DNA of 64,000 nucleotides. It comes from Raillietiella orientalis (Eukaryota). The notes under the pieces are model-generated. The model saw only the letters and a program-made list of their open reading frames with translations. It had not been told where the DNA came from and searched no databases. The first letter of the stretch is position 1; every line of letters begins with the position of its first letter. Both the position numbers and the translations under genes were made by a program. This document shows positions 1-12,779 of the stretch, piece by piece. The stretch is from contig JAYWIR010000019.1 of assembly GCA_036172245.1 (NCBI GenBank), positions 2,046,001 through 2,110,000 of the forward strand, read 5' to 3'.

Positions 1-2899
1 CGGCGAGAAGGAGATCGCGACGGCGCTTGCGCGAAAGATTTTGGGCGCGAGACCACCAGGAACCGCCACCAGTGCAGGTCTGGGTGGCAGCAGTAAGTAC
101 TCTAACGCAGTCCTGGAGGTCCGACGGAGGCGGAGGATTCCACGAGAGCGGCCTTCGAGAGTGGCTCAGTCGATGCAAACAAACCTCCCTTGAAGAACTT
201 GTTGCGCGTCGCATCCGTGCAATCTCTTGACCGGGCTCGCTCTTCTGCCTGGAAACCAAAGATGTTTTGTCAGCCGCTGATTCCAAAGTCCGCGCACTTC
301 GAGTGATGGGATCCCGAATCAGAGAACGACCTCGAGTAGTCGATCGAATCTAGAGGAATCAAAAACAAACGGATGCTGTCCCTCATCCGCCTCCCGCTGC
401 TTCCCCTATGAATCCTCCTGGCGCTTGTCCGGAAAAGAACCCCAAATCCAGGAATCTTTCCTAGGCCGGTCAGAAAGCTGGCTCTGCAGAACCTGCCCAG
501 CACTTGCGGTCCTGAAGAAGAAGAAAAGAAGGAACGGGTAAGAGCAAGCAGTGGAAGTGGACTTGCAATGTATGTCGTCCTCTAGTCTCCACCTTCTTCC
601 TTTGGAGTTCCGTTTGCTTCCAAGGGAACAAGACGCATCTCTGTCCCCAGTGAGCAGTCCCGGAGGAAAGCAGACTTCCTCCCCCATCCGGTGATTCCCA
701 GAGCTCGCCGCATGCTGGGGACGCTCGGCTGCGAGTCGAGGAGTCCTTTACCCGCCCGCCCGCCATCTTGTCTCCAGGGTTTGCCTTTCTGCAAACCACA
801 GCGTAGCTCCACAGCGGAGTCAATTTCCTTGCCGCCTCTTCAGACCTTCTCCGTGAGTCGAAGAGGGTATTCTGCTCCCCTTCTAAAGGGCAGCAGAAGC
901 GCAGTCGGAGGCAAAGAGTCAAGGAAGGCAGCCTTCTGAGGAGGTGGTCCATCTCCAGAGAGTGGACGTCTAAGCACACTTGGCACGGAGCTGCAGCTCA
1001 GGAAATGCCTCCCCTGCCGTCCACTGGGAACCTTTGCTCCCTCCACGAGGAGATGAGTGACGCAGCCCTTGAGAAACTGTTCCTCTGCAGCGGAATGTAC
1101 ACATACTGATTCCTCATGGATGCCGGTTGAGCATTAGGATCACCACTGTGTTGGCCGCTCTGGAGTCGACAGCGGTCCTGCAGCGGGAACCTTCCAACGT
1201 TTTCCCTACGCTTCGTTCTGGCATCGCGTGGTCCGGGACAACCTTCTGTAGGATGATGCTAGATGTGCACGAGAGCAGACTACTCACGCTAACTGTGAGG
1301 CTCTTGGTGTTCCATAAGTTGGTAACCAAGGAAGGAAAGAAGACTCCAGACCTCGTTCCGGTTCTCACTTGTCACTGCTCGGGTCTGCGTTTCCCAAATT
1401 CGGAATGAAATGGCAAATGACTTACCTCAGTCTGAGAACAGCGATTTGGACAGATGTGCGAGAATCGAAATCCTTCCCCAAAGACCAGAAATCTATGTGT
1501 TCTTAACGTGTTGTTCCAAAATGAGGATCCATGAAACAAACGCGAACCTCGAGTGTCCAGGATAAAAGCAGCTCGCTCATCGCTCCCCCACCTCCTTCCT
1601 CCAGCCATCCTCGTGCATCCAGCTCTTCTTTCCATGCGAGGTAGAGGAGCAAGAAAGCTCTTTCTCTCTCCTTCTGCACCGGCTTCTTCTTCTAATGAGT
1701 TGGCGACTCTGGAAGCAGCAAATTCATCTGGCGTGTCGCTGCGGTCGTTTCCGTAAGACCATGCCAAAATATCCTTCCCTTATAGCGTTATGTGGCTCCA
1801 GAGCTCGAAGAGAGCATTTGCTCTCTCATCCTTCACTACAGTGCGGAAGTCTCCTGCCTTCGGCTAAGGCCGCTAGGATCACGCTTTTCTGTTGCCATTC
1901 CCAGGGCGGTTTCTAGAAGGCTTCCAGATCTGTCGTACATCCTGAGCGATAGATTCATCCCTCTTAAAAAGGTGATACAGAAACAACGCGAATGGAGATT
2001 TGTCTTTCTCTTCTCACGAAAAAGGGGTGTAAGGCAGCACACCCTTTTCGAGGTCGAAGGACAAAGGCGTCTTGAAGAGCAGGCAGTGGAATGAAATCAC
2101 GAATGAGGAGTACGCCAAAAAGAAGAGAAACGGAAACAGGCTCCATGGCTGAGCCCTATCAAGTCAGCAAGTGTTGCTCTAGTAAAAGAGAAAGTTGGGG
2201 CGGTGGTGCAGCCAACAACGAATGGGTGAGCCCAAGGGCAGAGAAAGAACGTCCTGGCGGTTGCCAGCCCAACTTGTCACAACCCTTCGAACTGCGAGAA
2301 GGCGCCGCGAGCGAGCCCTCGACGGAGCAGAGGCATGAGATGAGCCTACGACCAGCCTGGTCGACGCAACGCTGTCATGGAAACGAAAAAAAGGGAGTGT
2401 AAGCTGGGAGGGAAGGCAGGCATCACGCAGGCAACGACAGACGGATGCTTGCGCAACACTGCGAGGAACAGCTCTTCTCCGAACCACGCCGGAGGTGCCA
2501 CCGACCACTGACCCTCCAATGTCTTCTCGGTCAGCCCACCGTGTACGGAGCCACCCACAGGGCATTCGGGTCGGTGTAGTCGGGTGAGTCGTCGTTAGAG
2601 GCAGGCGTCGCCGCTGCCGTTCAAAACCCTGAAGACGGAGAAGGCTACAGAGGTGGAAGCAGCAGATTCCGAAAAGGTCTGGCCGCAGGCACAAAGTTCC
2701 AAAGGTTCCCAACAGTGCCAGACAGCGACTCTTAGGGAGTTTCTCATCTCTGAATTTCCACATTGCGTAAAGGAATCTCCATCGACTACAGGGAGGTCCC
2801 TCATTTCTTCGCAATTTCTCAGCTACACTTGTGTTAAAAGAAGGGCGCAGCGGATGAAAGAGCAAGTTTCCGCCATCTTCTTGTCCCTTCTCTGCTCTT

Positions 2900-4133
2900 C
2901 GATTCTCGATACCTCCGGGTAGCTTCGGTGGTTCTTTCGTTATGGACGGTGGTCCGCCCCACATTCTCGGAGCATGCCTCTTCTCGTGCGCCCGACCCCT
3001 GCTCTTTTCGCTGAGCTTTCGCCTTCCCCAGCTTCGCTCGCTCTCGAGATCCCAGAGGAGATCCCACCATGATGATTTCGACAGTGGACGGCGCCAGAGC
3101 CGGAATCCCTGTCACTTGGCCCCCCTTCCTCTGTCTTGCCCCTCCCAAACGAGAGCTCGAGACCTCACCCTGGGGCACTCGTTTGCCCTGGAGTCTGCTC
3201 CCGAAGAAGCAAAGTCTGGGAGCTCCCAACTCCAGGCGTTTCGGGGTGACCTCCCGGGTCGCCGGCTCGTCTTGATCCCCCGCGATCCTGGTTCTGCCTT
3301 CCCACCTTCCGCGTCTTCCGCTCAAGAGGGCAGCGTTGCCGCTGGTGGTGATGCCCGAGAAGGCAGAAGGCCGCCGCACGAACGGATCCTCTGTCTACGA
3401 GCCGAAGGTGTTGACCGCCGCCACCCGGAGAAGCCCGACGCCGCGAGGAACAGCCTCTTTGCTCGATCCGGCTGTTCCGCAAGAGACGCCCACGCTTCGT
3501 TGTGCCGAGTCGCGCGCAGGACGGAGAACCGTTCTCCTGCGCGCGTCGAATGCTGAGTCCTCTAAGTTGTCCATCTCGAGAACTTCTCTTCCAATAGTCC
3601 ACTTTATCTCGGTCCACAAACTCTTTGTCGGTTCTCTTAGCGGCCGATAGTTCTCTGGCATGTCAACCGCCCCACGACAACCGCCCTTCTTCCCTTGGCG
3701 CGGCCTTCTCATGCGCTTTTGAGAGTTTTGGAAGGGCGTTCCGAGAGGCAGTTTGCTCCTGCTCTTGCAGTACCAAGTCGGTTCCGAGGAAGGAACCAGG
3801 GCTGGTTGCAGGTCATCAGCTCCCAATTCTTCTGAGCTCTTTGGATACGTTTCGCCAGTGAGGCTGCGGATGCGAGTGCGCGCGTGCGTGATTCCTCCAA
3901 CGCTCCTTCGACGTATCCTGCTGCGTTCCTGGCGTTCGTGGTGGCAAGATGTTGAGCCCTGCGGCACGTGGCCACCGAACCTCGCATGGTCCACACCGAA
4001 ATGGAAGCGTCTTGGCGCGAGACAGTGCTCCACTCCAGGCAGAGTCTTCCATTTTCCAGAAGAGCTACTTTTCCAGACGGAGGGCCCACGGTAGAGCGCA
4101 CCTGGAGCCGCTGGGAACAGGAGAATTCACGTG
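2900..4133 (-). mobile_element. Degenerate non-LTR retrotransposon RT segment; near-identical to 38281-39532
   Basis: Minus-strand peptides KKGGCRGAVDMPENYRPL..KSLWTEI (NYRPI-like RT domain 1/2), VAAVNTFGS (D..NAFGS-like) and IMVGSPLGS (domain 7-like), broken by stops and frameshifts. Direct-orientation copy about 35.4 kb downstream. Confidence 0.65.
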
Positions 4134-4520
4134 TTTTCCAACCCTTTGTAAAATTCCATGTAAGGACGATGCAGTTCCATTTTCTTCCGCTTTTTTTCCT
4201 CCTCCCTTCCTTCTTTCGTTCCTCCTTCTCCTCTTTTTTCTTCTGCCTTTCTTCTCTTCTTTTTACCGCCTCTTAGTGTTGAATGGAGGCGAACGGCAGA
4301 TATACGACTACTTGTCTGTTTCCCCGGTAACTGGGAATCAGCCGGTCTTGCTGGAAGCGTGCGGCGCCGTGTGGGGAATAGCGGTGTGCAATAAAGCCAC
4401 CGACTCTTCCCATCCTTTCCATTTATGAGGACTCGAGATAATGTTGGAGCCCAATGAACGAGGGGAGATATCGTTTCAAGCGCGAAGGGAACTCTCTGAG
4501 GCCGTAAACATGGGACTCGC
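4134..4520 (-). mobile_element. Old L1-like ORF2 C-terminal remnant
   Basis: Minus-strand PHKWKGWEESVALLHTAIP resembles PLKWQESALMLLHRGLP of the main LINE family; interrupted by a CT-rich microsatellite. Confidence 0.35.
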
Positions 4521-4740
4521 ATTGTAGGAATGTGGTCTTACGCAACCAGTATACCGAGGAGGACTCCATGAGCTCTCTGTGGCTTTCTTTTTTTTCTCCA
4601 CTACCGTAAAGAACCTCAGCATCCTCTTGGATGGAGATCTGAATCGTGAATTTTTTTTCTCCGTGTCATCTCTCTCTAACCACCATTTCGAGCGATCAGG
4701 AAGAAGCAGCGTCTCGAGACGAACGAGTTCGGAAGGTTAT

Positions 4741-5470
4741 CGTGGCCGTTGCGTGGTCTCCGAGCGCGGTGTCAAGAGCCGCGGGTTCGAATCCCACTCG
4801 GGGAAGGATCGACTCCAAGAAACTGGTGCGTAGTGGGTTTCGAGTCCCCCTTCCTCCCGCAGGATGACAGCTGGTTGGCCTATCCGGGTGTGGCAGTGGT
4901 GGAAGCCGGAAACCCCGGATGCCTCCGTTGAGTGGCCGGGATTGGAAGTTGACCCTCCGGGTCCTTCCAAGAACCAAGGTGCCGGTTCCCTTCGGGGCTA
5001 AAAATGAAAACGTCCCCTATCCTTATGGGAGGACCTTTTCTTCATCCTCCCTCCCATCTCTTCCTTCTCTTCCCTCTCTCTTCCTTCTTTCCTTCCTCCT
5101 CCTCCTCTTCCTTTCCTCCTCCTCCCTTCCTCTTCCTCCTCCTCTTCCCTTTCTCTTTCTCCCTCCCCCTCTCTTCCTTCTTCCCTTCCTCCTCATTCCT
5201 TCTCCTCCTTCCCTCCATCCATCGCGTCCCATGGAGCTAGTTGATACCTGCCTCGAGGGTTGCCCCTTGCCTCTCCAGATGCGCGTTGCTCCCTTCAGGG
5301 AGCGGCCTCTCGGAGAAATTGGGAAACCTCCCTTCGAAGTTCCCTTCGGAGACAACGGGTGGTGTCGGGAGATCCTGAGTGTGGTGGATTCCACTCCGCG
5401 CCCTGATCTGATGCTGAGAAAGGGTCAACAGGGATGAGGTTTTTGGTGTCCTTTTCGAAAGCTCCGAAGG
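4741..5470 (+). mobile_element. tRNA-derived SINE, copy A (empty LINE target; interrupted by a CCT microsatellite)
   Basis: A-box-like TGGCCGTTGCGTGG, B box GGGTTCGAATCCC near 4783, conserved body GGTGGAAGCCGGAAAC..GTTGAGTGGCCGGGATTGGAAGTTGACC, and CCCTTCGG repeats shared with the other copies. Confidence 0.75.
5040..5220. repeat. (CCT/CTT)n polypyrimidine microsatellite
   Basis: Almost pure C/T tract. Similar tracts at ~4195-4265 and ~7200-7290, and a GA-rich tract at ~8520-8574. Confidence 0.9.
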
Positions 5471-5819
5471 CAGTGTGACTCGGAAGGCGGAATGTGCTGA
5501 GCATGTCAGCCGTCCCTGCAGGATGAGCCGGTAGGTCAAAGTTCACGCGCTCCCTGATCGTTCAAGAGGAGCGCGGGTTCTCGGTGCTCCGCCGAAAAAT
5601 CCGGGCCGAGGCTCCTGGGGCGCCTGACTCATCGCCCCAGGAGACCGAGACGTTTTCTGGACGCGCAGACTTGCAACCGCCAGCCCGACGATGCCTTCAG
5701 CGTTCGCGCCTGGAGGGGAGAACCAACCCATGACGGACAGTGCGCCGCCGACGTGAAGGGAGGACGGCCAACGAGAGATGGAGCAGGAGGGATGGCTCCC
5801 ACCAGGGCAATGGATAGCG

Positions 5820-6560
5820 CTCACACTCGCCATCTGAACTGGCCATTTGCAAGCACCCGTAACCACAGCTCCGCGAGGCGGGAAGACTGCAAAGATGCTG
5901 TGAAGCTGCCCACGCGTTTGGTGTACTTGGGAAGCACCTCGGGATGGAGTGCGATTAGGCTCTTGGCAGCATCCTGGCCAAGGGCGCCTGGGACGCGAAT
6001 ATGCGGTGCCTTCCCAAGCTCCCTCGGAGCAGTTTTCCATTCCCTCTCCGTTTTTTCCCTCTCCCTTCCCTCATCGAAGGGAGATCTCGCTGTTAAGGCA
6101 TGCACGAGCATGCCGTCCCATCGGCAAGGTCTCCGGGACCAGTCGAAGTGATGGAGATGGTGAGCTCGGTTGAGAGGATGCTTTCGAATGTGGAGAACGA
6201 CGTGCCTGTGGTGGCGGGAGCCGCTGCAGGGACATCATCGAAGAGCTCTCGCGCCCGTGAGGTGCGATGATGTCGGCGCCCCTGAAGAGGAGGATCATGC
6301 CTCAGGAGGGGTGATACGACCGGAAGATGCCCGGAGCTGTCCTGATCAGGTCCCTCTGGCGTGGCCAGGTGCAAACCGAGGAGAAGGAACGGTGAGAACG
6401 ATGGAGCCGCGTGTGAGGAGGTCCTGCACCAGCATAAACTGACGAGGGTGGGACTTCGGCTGCGCAGAATTTCCGGAGGCCAAGGGCGACGCTCTGGTTC
6501 CAGATGCTCCCTGTGCCGATGATGAGAACCGACTTTTCTCTCGGCAGAAAGGGAGTCACT
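5820..6560 (-). mobile_element. Degenerate R2-group LINE C-terminus (restriction-like endonuclease remnant)
   Basis: Minus-strand HLPVVSPLLRHD (RHD motif), then ARSPFDEG..IRVPGALG resembling the DV..PFE and IVVGALG motifs of RLE domains; frameshifted. Confidence 0.4.
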
Positions 6561-7899
6561 CCTAGGTTAAAGAGAAGTTTCGCAATATCTGGTGCAGGGA
6601 TTCCCGGAGAGGAATGCTGCCGATAGGTCCCTTATCTGGACCAACCACTTATCTGCAAAGTGGTTGCGCAAAGAAAGAGGCGATCGTCGGTCGCATGTAC
6701 GCAGCCAAGAGCCGGAGGAGTCTCACCCGAGGGAAAGCTGCGCAGGCGGCGGTCCAGGCACCGCCCGCCCCGGAAAAAAGGGAAAGGAGGGATACCGAGG
6801 AAGAAGCCCTCGGAGAAGGTCCACGCGTTCGAGGCTGAGCCCCGTCGAAGCAGCCTCCGCAGACGCCCGCTGGACGACCTCCTAGATTCATCTGTCCCTG
6901 ACCCAGTCCTTTTGGGGATCCGGATGGATTGTCGGCGCCGCTTGTCTGCCCACTCGCTTTCCGTCGCGCAGGTGTGCGCCCGGTTAACCGGCCTTTGACG
7001 GCTCTCTGTTTGCTCACGCTCGCAGGTGACTAACCACCTTATCAGCCACCTCTTCAGAGCCTGAGCACACCGAAGGTCCCCCGCAAACAGAAATCGGGAA
7101 GAGCCCAGCCGTCTAAGAGGGAACCCTCGCCTACTAACCTACTGGCATCCTCCGATTCCCGGTGGCGTCTGTGCGAGTCGGATTGCCTCCGAAAGCTGTA
7201 TTTTTCCTTCTTCTCTTCCTTCTCCTCCTCTCATCCTTTTCCCTTTCTCTTCCTCCTCCTTCCCCTGCTCTTTTCCTCTTTTTATCCCCCTCAGCATTGA
7301 TGTGTGCGTCCCACTTCCAAGTAGCTTCGCGTGACCATGATGAAAACTTTCTTCAACAGCTCTTTGCACCCTCCCTGGGATGCGGAAGCAGAACGGGAAC
7401 GAGGTGGAGTCGACTCGTTCTCGACCGCCGAGTCGCGATCGCCGGAGGTCCGGAAAAAATCTTCCGGAGACAAAGACGAAGGTTTCTCTCTGCCTTCTCT
7501 GTGGAGCGACGGCCAGAATGCATTAGTGCAGGGTACTTCAGGAGCGGAGAGCTGCAGATGCTGCGCGATCGCATCATCCGCAAAGCCAGAGCGGGACCGC
7601 AGCTCTCTTGAGATGAAAAACCCTCCCACGAGATGCTTCTACGCCGGACGATGGGCCACCTGATGGGATTGCGAACTCACATGCATCTTTCGGATGTTGC
7701 TTCTTGAGGGACTCTGGACTCTCAAGAAAGGTGCTGGACGTGGAAATGGGCGGTTCCCAGTTTGCTCGACCATGAATCTGCACGGAAGAAAGGTGAGCGG
7801 AAAGAGGTGGAGGGTGAGGAATGGCAGAAGGCTTGTCAGAGTCTCCAATGATGAAGAATGGTCGGCAGGGAAAAGTTGGTCCAAAGTTCTTCTGATTGC

Positions 7900-8510
7900 C
7901 AGGGGGCTGGTTAGTCTTCCGGGAGGAAGTCAAGGTGCTGGTTCTTGCCATGAGCATCAGACGGAGTGAAGGGGAAGAGAAGAACGGGTTAAAGATGGCG
8001 CTGGAGGCGAGCAGGTTTCCTCACAAAGATATGCTGGCCAAAGAGGTTAGTGACGACTGTGGAGGTTCAGAAGGATGTCCCCGGAAGGGGGACGTGGCCT
8101 ACGAGTGATGTCACTATTAGGAGAAGGGGCAGCACAAATTATACTATCCAGACCCCGGCGTCTTTGGTAGGAAAGCGACATAGCACGCGGAAGACGTGCA
8201 GGCAGATTGCTGCTGCGGTGGCGTGGATGCAGCGTCGGAGTCGGCTGCTGGAGGCGCTGTGCGTGAGGCTGACGGCAGATGCGAGGACCTCTGTGGTGCG
8301 GGGACTGCACTGTATGGAGATTAAGGCGCCTGCACTTTACCCCTATGAGGGATCCAACGTCCCAGAGATGCTTGCTGCAGCAGGTGGTTTTCCTCACTCG
8401 GGCTTCTCCTTATGAACGAAGGGAACGAAGAAAGGGCCTTTCGGGTTGTGGGATGAACGCTTGGGACGTTATGACAATGAGAACTCAGGTCATGGGGATG
8501 TTCATAGAGG
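7900..8510 (+). pseudogene. Possible decayed LINE gag/ORF1 remnant
   Basis: Weak motifs only (YPY.., PTSQRCLLQQ resembling P.RC..CQ) across frameshifts. Confidence 0.2.
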
Positions 8511-8574
8511 GAGCATGATCGTGGAAGGGGAAGAAGGAGGAAGATGGATGGGGTAGATAGGTAGAAGAAGGAAG

Positions 8575-9426
8575 AATTCCGAATGTCGAAATCTCGAAAG
8601 ATTATTGAAAATAAATGCATGTTTTTCTTATGTATATATTAATGGATCAATTCGTACTATAAGGATTATGAAAAATAAATATATATACTCATTATCTATC
8701 TATATTTATTTATGTTTGGATTAATGTATATTAATATATTATGTATATTAACATTTATATACAGATTAATATACAAATTTATTTTGACCTGCATGTTTAT
8801 GAATATGTATTCATACCTATATATTCAGCATTGTAAGAGTAGATGAATGTGTCCATTATAAATAATAATATATGTAAGAAATGTATATCAAATGAATATA
8901 TAAATATGAATTATAAACATGTATATTTATCCAGCTATCAGAATCGCCCCCAAAATGCAATCCATCATTTACGGAGAGAGTGTCATTGAGCGTTGGAAAT
9001 GACAAACAAAGCAGATACACGGCATAGCCAATTAAAGTAAGCAATAAGAAATGATGAGAACATAAAATAGTGGAAAATTGAACATGTGAAATATTAGTAG
9101 ATATATATTATTATATAAATATTTTTATTATCATATGTATAAAATATGTCAATGTATATATATTCGATAATAAACATATATTTTTATAATCTTCAATGTA
9201 TATATTAATAATATATTAATGCATATTATCAATTATATCAATAGATATATATCCCAATACATATAAGAATAAATTTGTATATTAACCTGTGCATGAATAT
9301 GTATATTAACATATTATATACATTAATAAGCACATGCATTTATTTTTCATGATCTCCACAATATATACAGTAAACATATCTATATTTACTTATTTAGGAC
9401 CTCTCGAGAGTCCGAGATTCGGAATT
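8575..9426. mobile_element. AT-rich MITE/foldback-like element with 26-bp terminal inverted repeats
   Basis: Left AATTCCGAATGTCGAAATCTCGAAAG (8575-8600) versus right CTCTCGAGAGTCCGAGATTCGGAATT (9401-9426): 22/26 inverted match. Subterminal inverted AAATAAATGCATGT / ACATGCATTTATTT. Very AT-rich, non-coding interior. Confidence 0.75.
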
Positions 9427-10679
9427 TTGGCAGTTCGTAGGGATTCCGGCGTTTGGGATCAGCACCGATAAGAGGGAACATGAGTAAAGAACGGAGTAAA
9501 GAGCAGGTGTTTGGGCCTCGGCGCAGTTGGTTCATTGTAGGTCAAAGATGATGACGGCATATGAGAGAAGGTGGTCAGAATGCCTGTCCGAAAATGCTGC
9601 TGCGAGTTTCGCCCTTTGGCAGGCTGCTGGAGCACTCTCAGGCGTCATGGAGCTCCGAATCGAAAGAGAAGATGGGGAAAAAAATCCGAGCGGCCTGTGA
9701 AGATCTCCCCTCCGAACCAGGAAGAACGTGGGTGGCGAGCCTTCGCTGCCGGAATTCTGGGACCACTCAGAGGAAGATGGCGTTCCTTGCCTTCGTTTAT
9801 CGCCACCGGGAAGTACAGGAAAGCGGGACCGAAGTGGCGCCTCGCTCAAGGAGAGCGGACCGAGGAAAAAATCTTAGTCGACATTCCGCCTCCTAGTGGG
9901 ATGGGCGCACTAACAAACGCGTCCTTTACGAAGGCAGGAACCTGTTCTTCAAGAAAGGGAGCTGGGAATCTGGGGAGTCTGAATCCTTGTTGGGTCGTTA
10001 CTGTGGCAGTTTCGAGAGCGATAAATCGGGTGGCCAAACGGGCGAAGACACGGGTGCATCCGTCCGAGATACGAAGATAAGCGCAAGACGGGAGAGTGAT
10101 AAGAAGTAGTGCGCAGCAGTTGTCGAACCGGAGTTTCGCAGGCTCCAGGCTGCACCCGATTCCAAGGGCGGACGCAGAGTGTAGGTGAGGTGCCGAGCAG
10201 GGGGAAGCAGGGAGAAGAGGAACGCCTTTGCAACAGGGCGACCTCAGGCGGACTTCGCCTCAAGCGATGCGGTACGCGACGAAGGTGCTCCACGCCAAGG
10301 AAGCGCGCGCCATCTCTTCGCCGGCTGAAAGACATGAGCGCGCACGCACGCACACGTCCTTGCATTTCTTCCAAACGAATCTAAACGAGCCTTCTTCTGA
10401 GACACGACAGGGCTGCGCCGATTCCAACCTTTCGAAGATCAGGCTCAGGTCCTCCTTCCTCCATCAGGCCTGATCGGAAAATGGTCCACTAAAAGAGGCT
10501 GAGATCACACTGGAGAACGCATTGCAAAACGCGGAGGATCGAACGGAAGGATTGGACCGACCGCTCCATGGCTCGCTGAAAGCTGTGGGAATCACGCAGG
10601 CCGCTTAAGTGGGAGGATTGCAGTTCGGAACCGCACGTGACCCCCCATCGCCACCAAATGAATCGATAATCAGGCATGC

Positions 10680-11350
10680 CAGGATGTTCACTCCCAGTGA
10701 AGGTCTTCCTGAACTTGTGCTTGTCCCGCTTCCCGCTTCACAGCACGACGTCGGTCTTCGCCCCGATGCTTGGGTCGGCAAGTCGTCCAAACTGACGAGG
10801 TCATATTCCTCTTTCCTGGATTATTTGACGCGGAACCCTGATGACGTGGTGGCACGAGAACCGTGTTGCTTCCGAAGACATCACACTGCTCCAATGATAT
10901 CAACGATTGGAGGTCCATCCCTGTTGGAAATAGCGTGTACAGGGTACACGCTAAGATTGAAAGAAGGGATCGTGGAACAGAAAATAATTTGTCCCCAGGA
11001 AAGAGGATTTCTTCCCTTCGACGGGGTGCTGAAAAGGAATTTCATCCCTCGAACCCACCTCGACCAAGCGAGGTGGCAGTCGAAAGACCTGGGAATGGTG
11101 TTCCTAGTTATAACAAACGCGTTTGGAACGATCTTAATGATGAGAACAGTGCAAGAATCTGGAATTGGCCCTCAACTTACGAAGACCGTTCAGAATATGT
11201 GAAAGGACGCCGTGACATGCGTACAGGTGGATTTAGCAATATCGGATGCGGCTGATTGCCGACATCTCTACTGCTGGCGGAAGGCTTCGAGTGTTGCAGT
11301 TCCTTTCTTGAGGATTTGTTCGGTCTTTGTGTTGCGGCGATGAACCGCTG
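10680..11350 (+). mobile_element. Degenerate R2-group non-LTR RT fragment
   Basis: LLPKTSHCSNDINDWRSIPVGNSVYRVHAKI (domain 1/2), QERGFLPFDGV..NF (domain 2a) and LGMVFLVITNAFGTI (domain 3), linked by frameshifts. Confidence 0.7.
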
Positions 11351-11744
11351 GAAGTTTTATCCCGAACGAGCGACCCCTGCAGCATCGGGTTGACCAACCG
11401 ACGTCCCCGCGTTCTGATTTTCCGATGACGAGCCCTCAAACCCTTACAACGGCCTACGACAAACGGCTTCCGAAAAGTGCACCGAGCAGGGGTGGGCAAC
11501 ACGACATCCTCTTGCTCACTGACGTGATGGTTAAGATACGAAGTGGATCAGGAAGAAGTAAAGAGAAGGAACTGAAAATCAGGGATTCTTTTATAAAAAT
11601 CTCGTCTCCTGCGGCAATTGGGTCCTTCACGAGCTCTTCGCCTTTAGTGAATTCCTTTCAGTATGTTACCTGCGTATTTGAATTCAACGCTGTGCTTCAC
11701 GTGCTCGTCCTCACGTGCCAGAAATGTGACCACTTCCCGGCCCT

Positions 11745-11948
11745 TTACAGTGCTCTTTTATTCCTTTTTATTTTATTCTCTTTTTGTTTCCTTTTCCTCC
11801 CCGCTGCTGAGGTGAACCTTATCGGTCTGCAGACCGGCGACCCTGCTGGTCCATGGACAAATTGGGTGAAGTAGGACCACGTGTCCCACCACAATTTATG
11901 GGTTTATTTTAAATTCTAATTAACGCCCTGGAGTGTTCAGGGGTGATC
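11745..11948 (+). mobile_element. Diverged 3' UTR fragment of the L1/Tx1-like family
   Basis: T-rich tract, GCTGCTGAGGTGAACC, and terminal TAACGCCCTGGAGTGTTCAGGGGTGATCA resembling the family 3' end. Confidence 0.5.
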
Positions 11949-12200
11949 AGAGACGACCAGGGCGAGGGTCCGCTCCCAAGCGTAAGAGAGCAACGGACTC
12001 CTTTCTGGAGCATTTTTGGATCCGTAGGGTCGATCCCTATAAACTGAAGAGTCATTCGCACCCTCGGGTGGAGTGGACAGCTTGAAAAACCTTCGTGAGC
12101 TCCCCCTAAAGTGGCGAACGGTTTTCAGCATCAGCATTTGGCGACCAAAAAGAAAAAAAGCTGGAAGGAAGGCAGCGAAAACATAAGTCAAAGGATTTCT
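11949..12200 (+). mobile_element. SINE copy B, 3' half
   Basis: AACGGACTCC..GGATCCGTAGGGT..GCACCCTCGGGTGG..GGCGAACGG..A-rich..GCTGGAAGGAAGGCAGC, shared with copies C, D, E and F. Confidence 0.7.
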
Positions 12201-12779
12201 AACATACAGAAGATGGGAATGCGACTCGCTGGAGCAGGAAAAAACAAGAAGCAGATGCTCACTGGTCGCTGGTTGCCCTCGGACAGCAACTTAGAGGAAA
12301 TCGTTTTGCAGGAGATAAATTGGGAGAAACCGGAACCCCGTGGCGGTCTTCAAGCAGGATAAAGCGAGTTGGGAACCTCAAGGTGGACACATAGACAGAG
12401 AAGATCTTGCAGTCCAACCGTCGCACCGGGAGATCGCATGGGAGAGATCGCGGCGACAGCACCGGATACTTCAAGACCAAGAAAAGACTCCAAATACAGG
12501 AAGCCGTCTCTCCCTTTCTTCCGACGGGGAATTTCCCCCTCCAATGAGAATTCTACTGGATCCCCGGGAATCTAAGAGAGCTTGGAATTCCTCGCACGCA
12601 GGCGGGAAACGCGAAGAGCACGGCGTGCGCCAGCAGCCACCATATGCAGGATCTTCACTGGGGACAGACGCGTTTGGGATTGCCGGCTGAGGGACAGCGA
12701 GTTTCTGATGGGACGGAGGGGTAGAGGATCTCCACGAATATACATCCACCGTGTGTACCAAGGCCCGAAAGATCATGGG

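Noticed and set aside
27..230. Possible LINE ORF2 C-terminus at the window start
   Set aside because: Truncated by the window edge and lacks a diagnostic motif.
4741..4805. tRNA gene (also at 17390, 21405, 41680, 47003 and 61670)
   Set aside because: Only the T-arm/B box is good; no full cloverleaf, and most run into the shared SINE body.
5810..5830. GGATAGCGCTCACACTCG similar to the gag leader at ~24530-24547
   Set aside because: Only 15/18 bp with no extension; compatible with chance.
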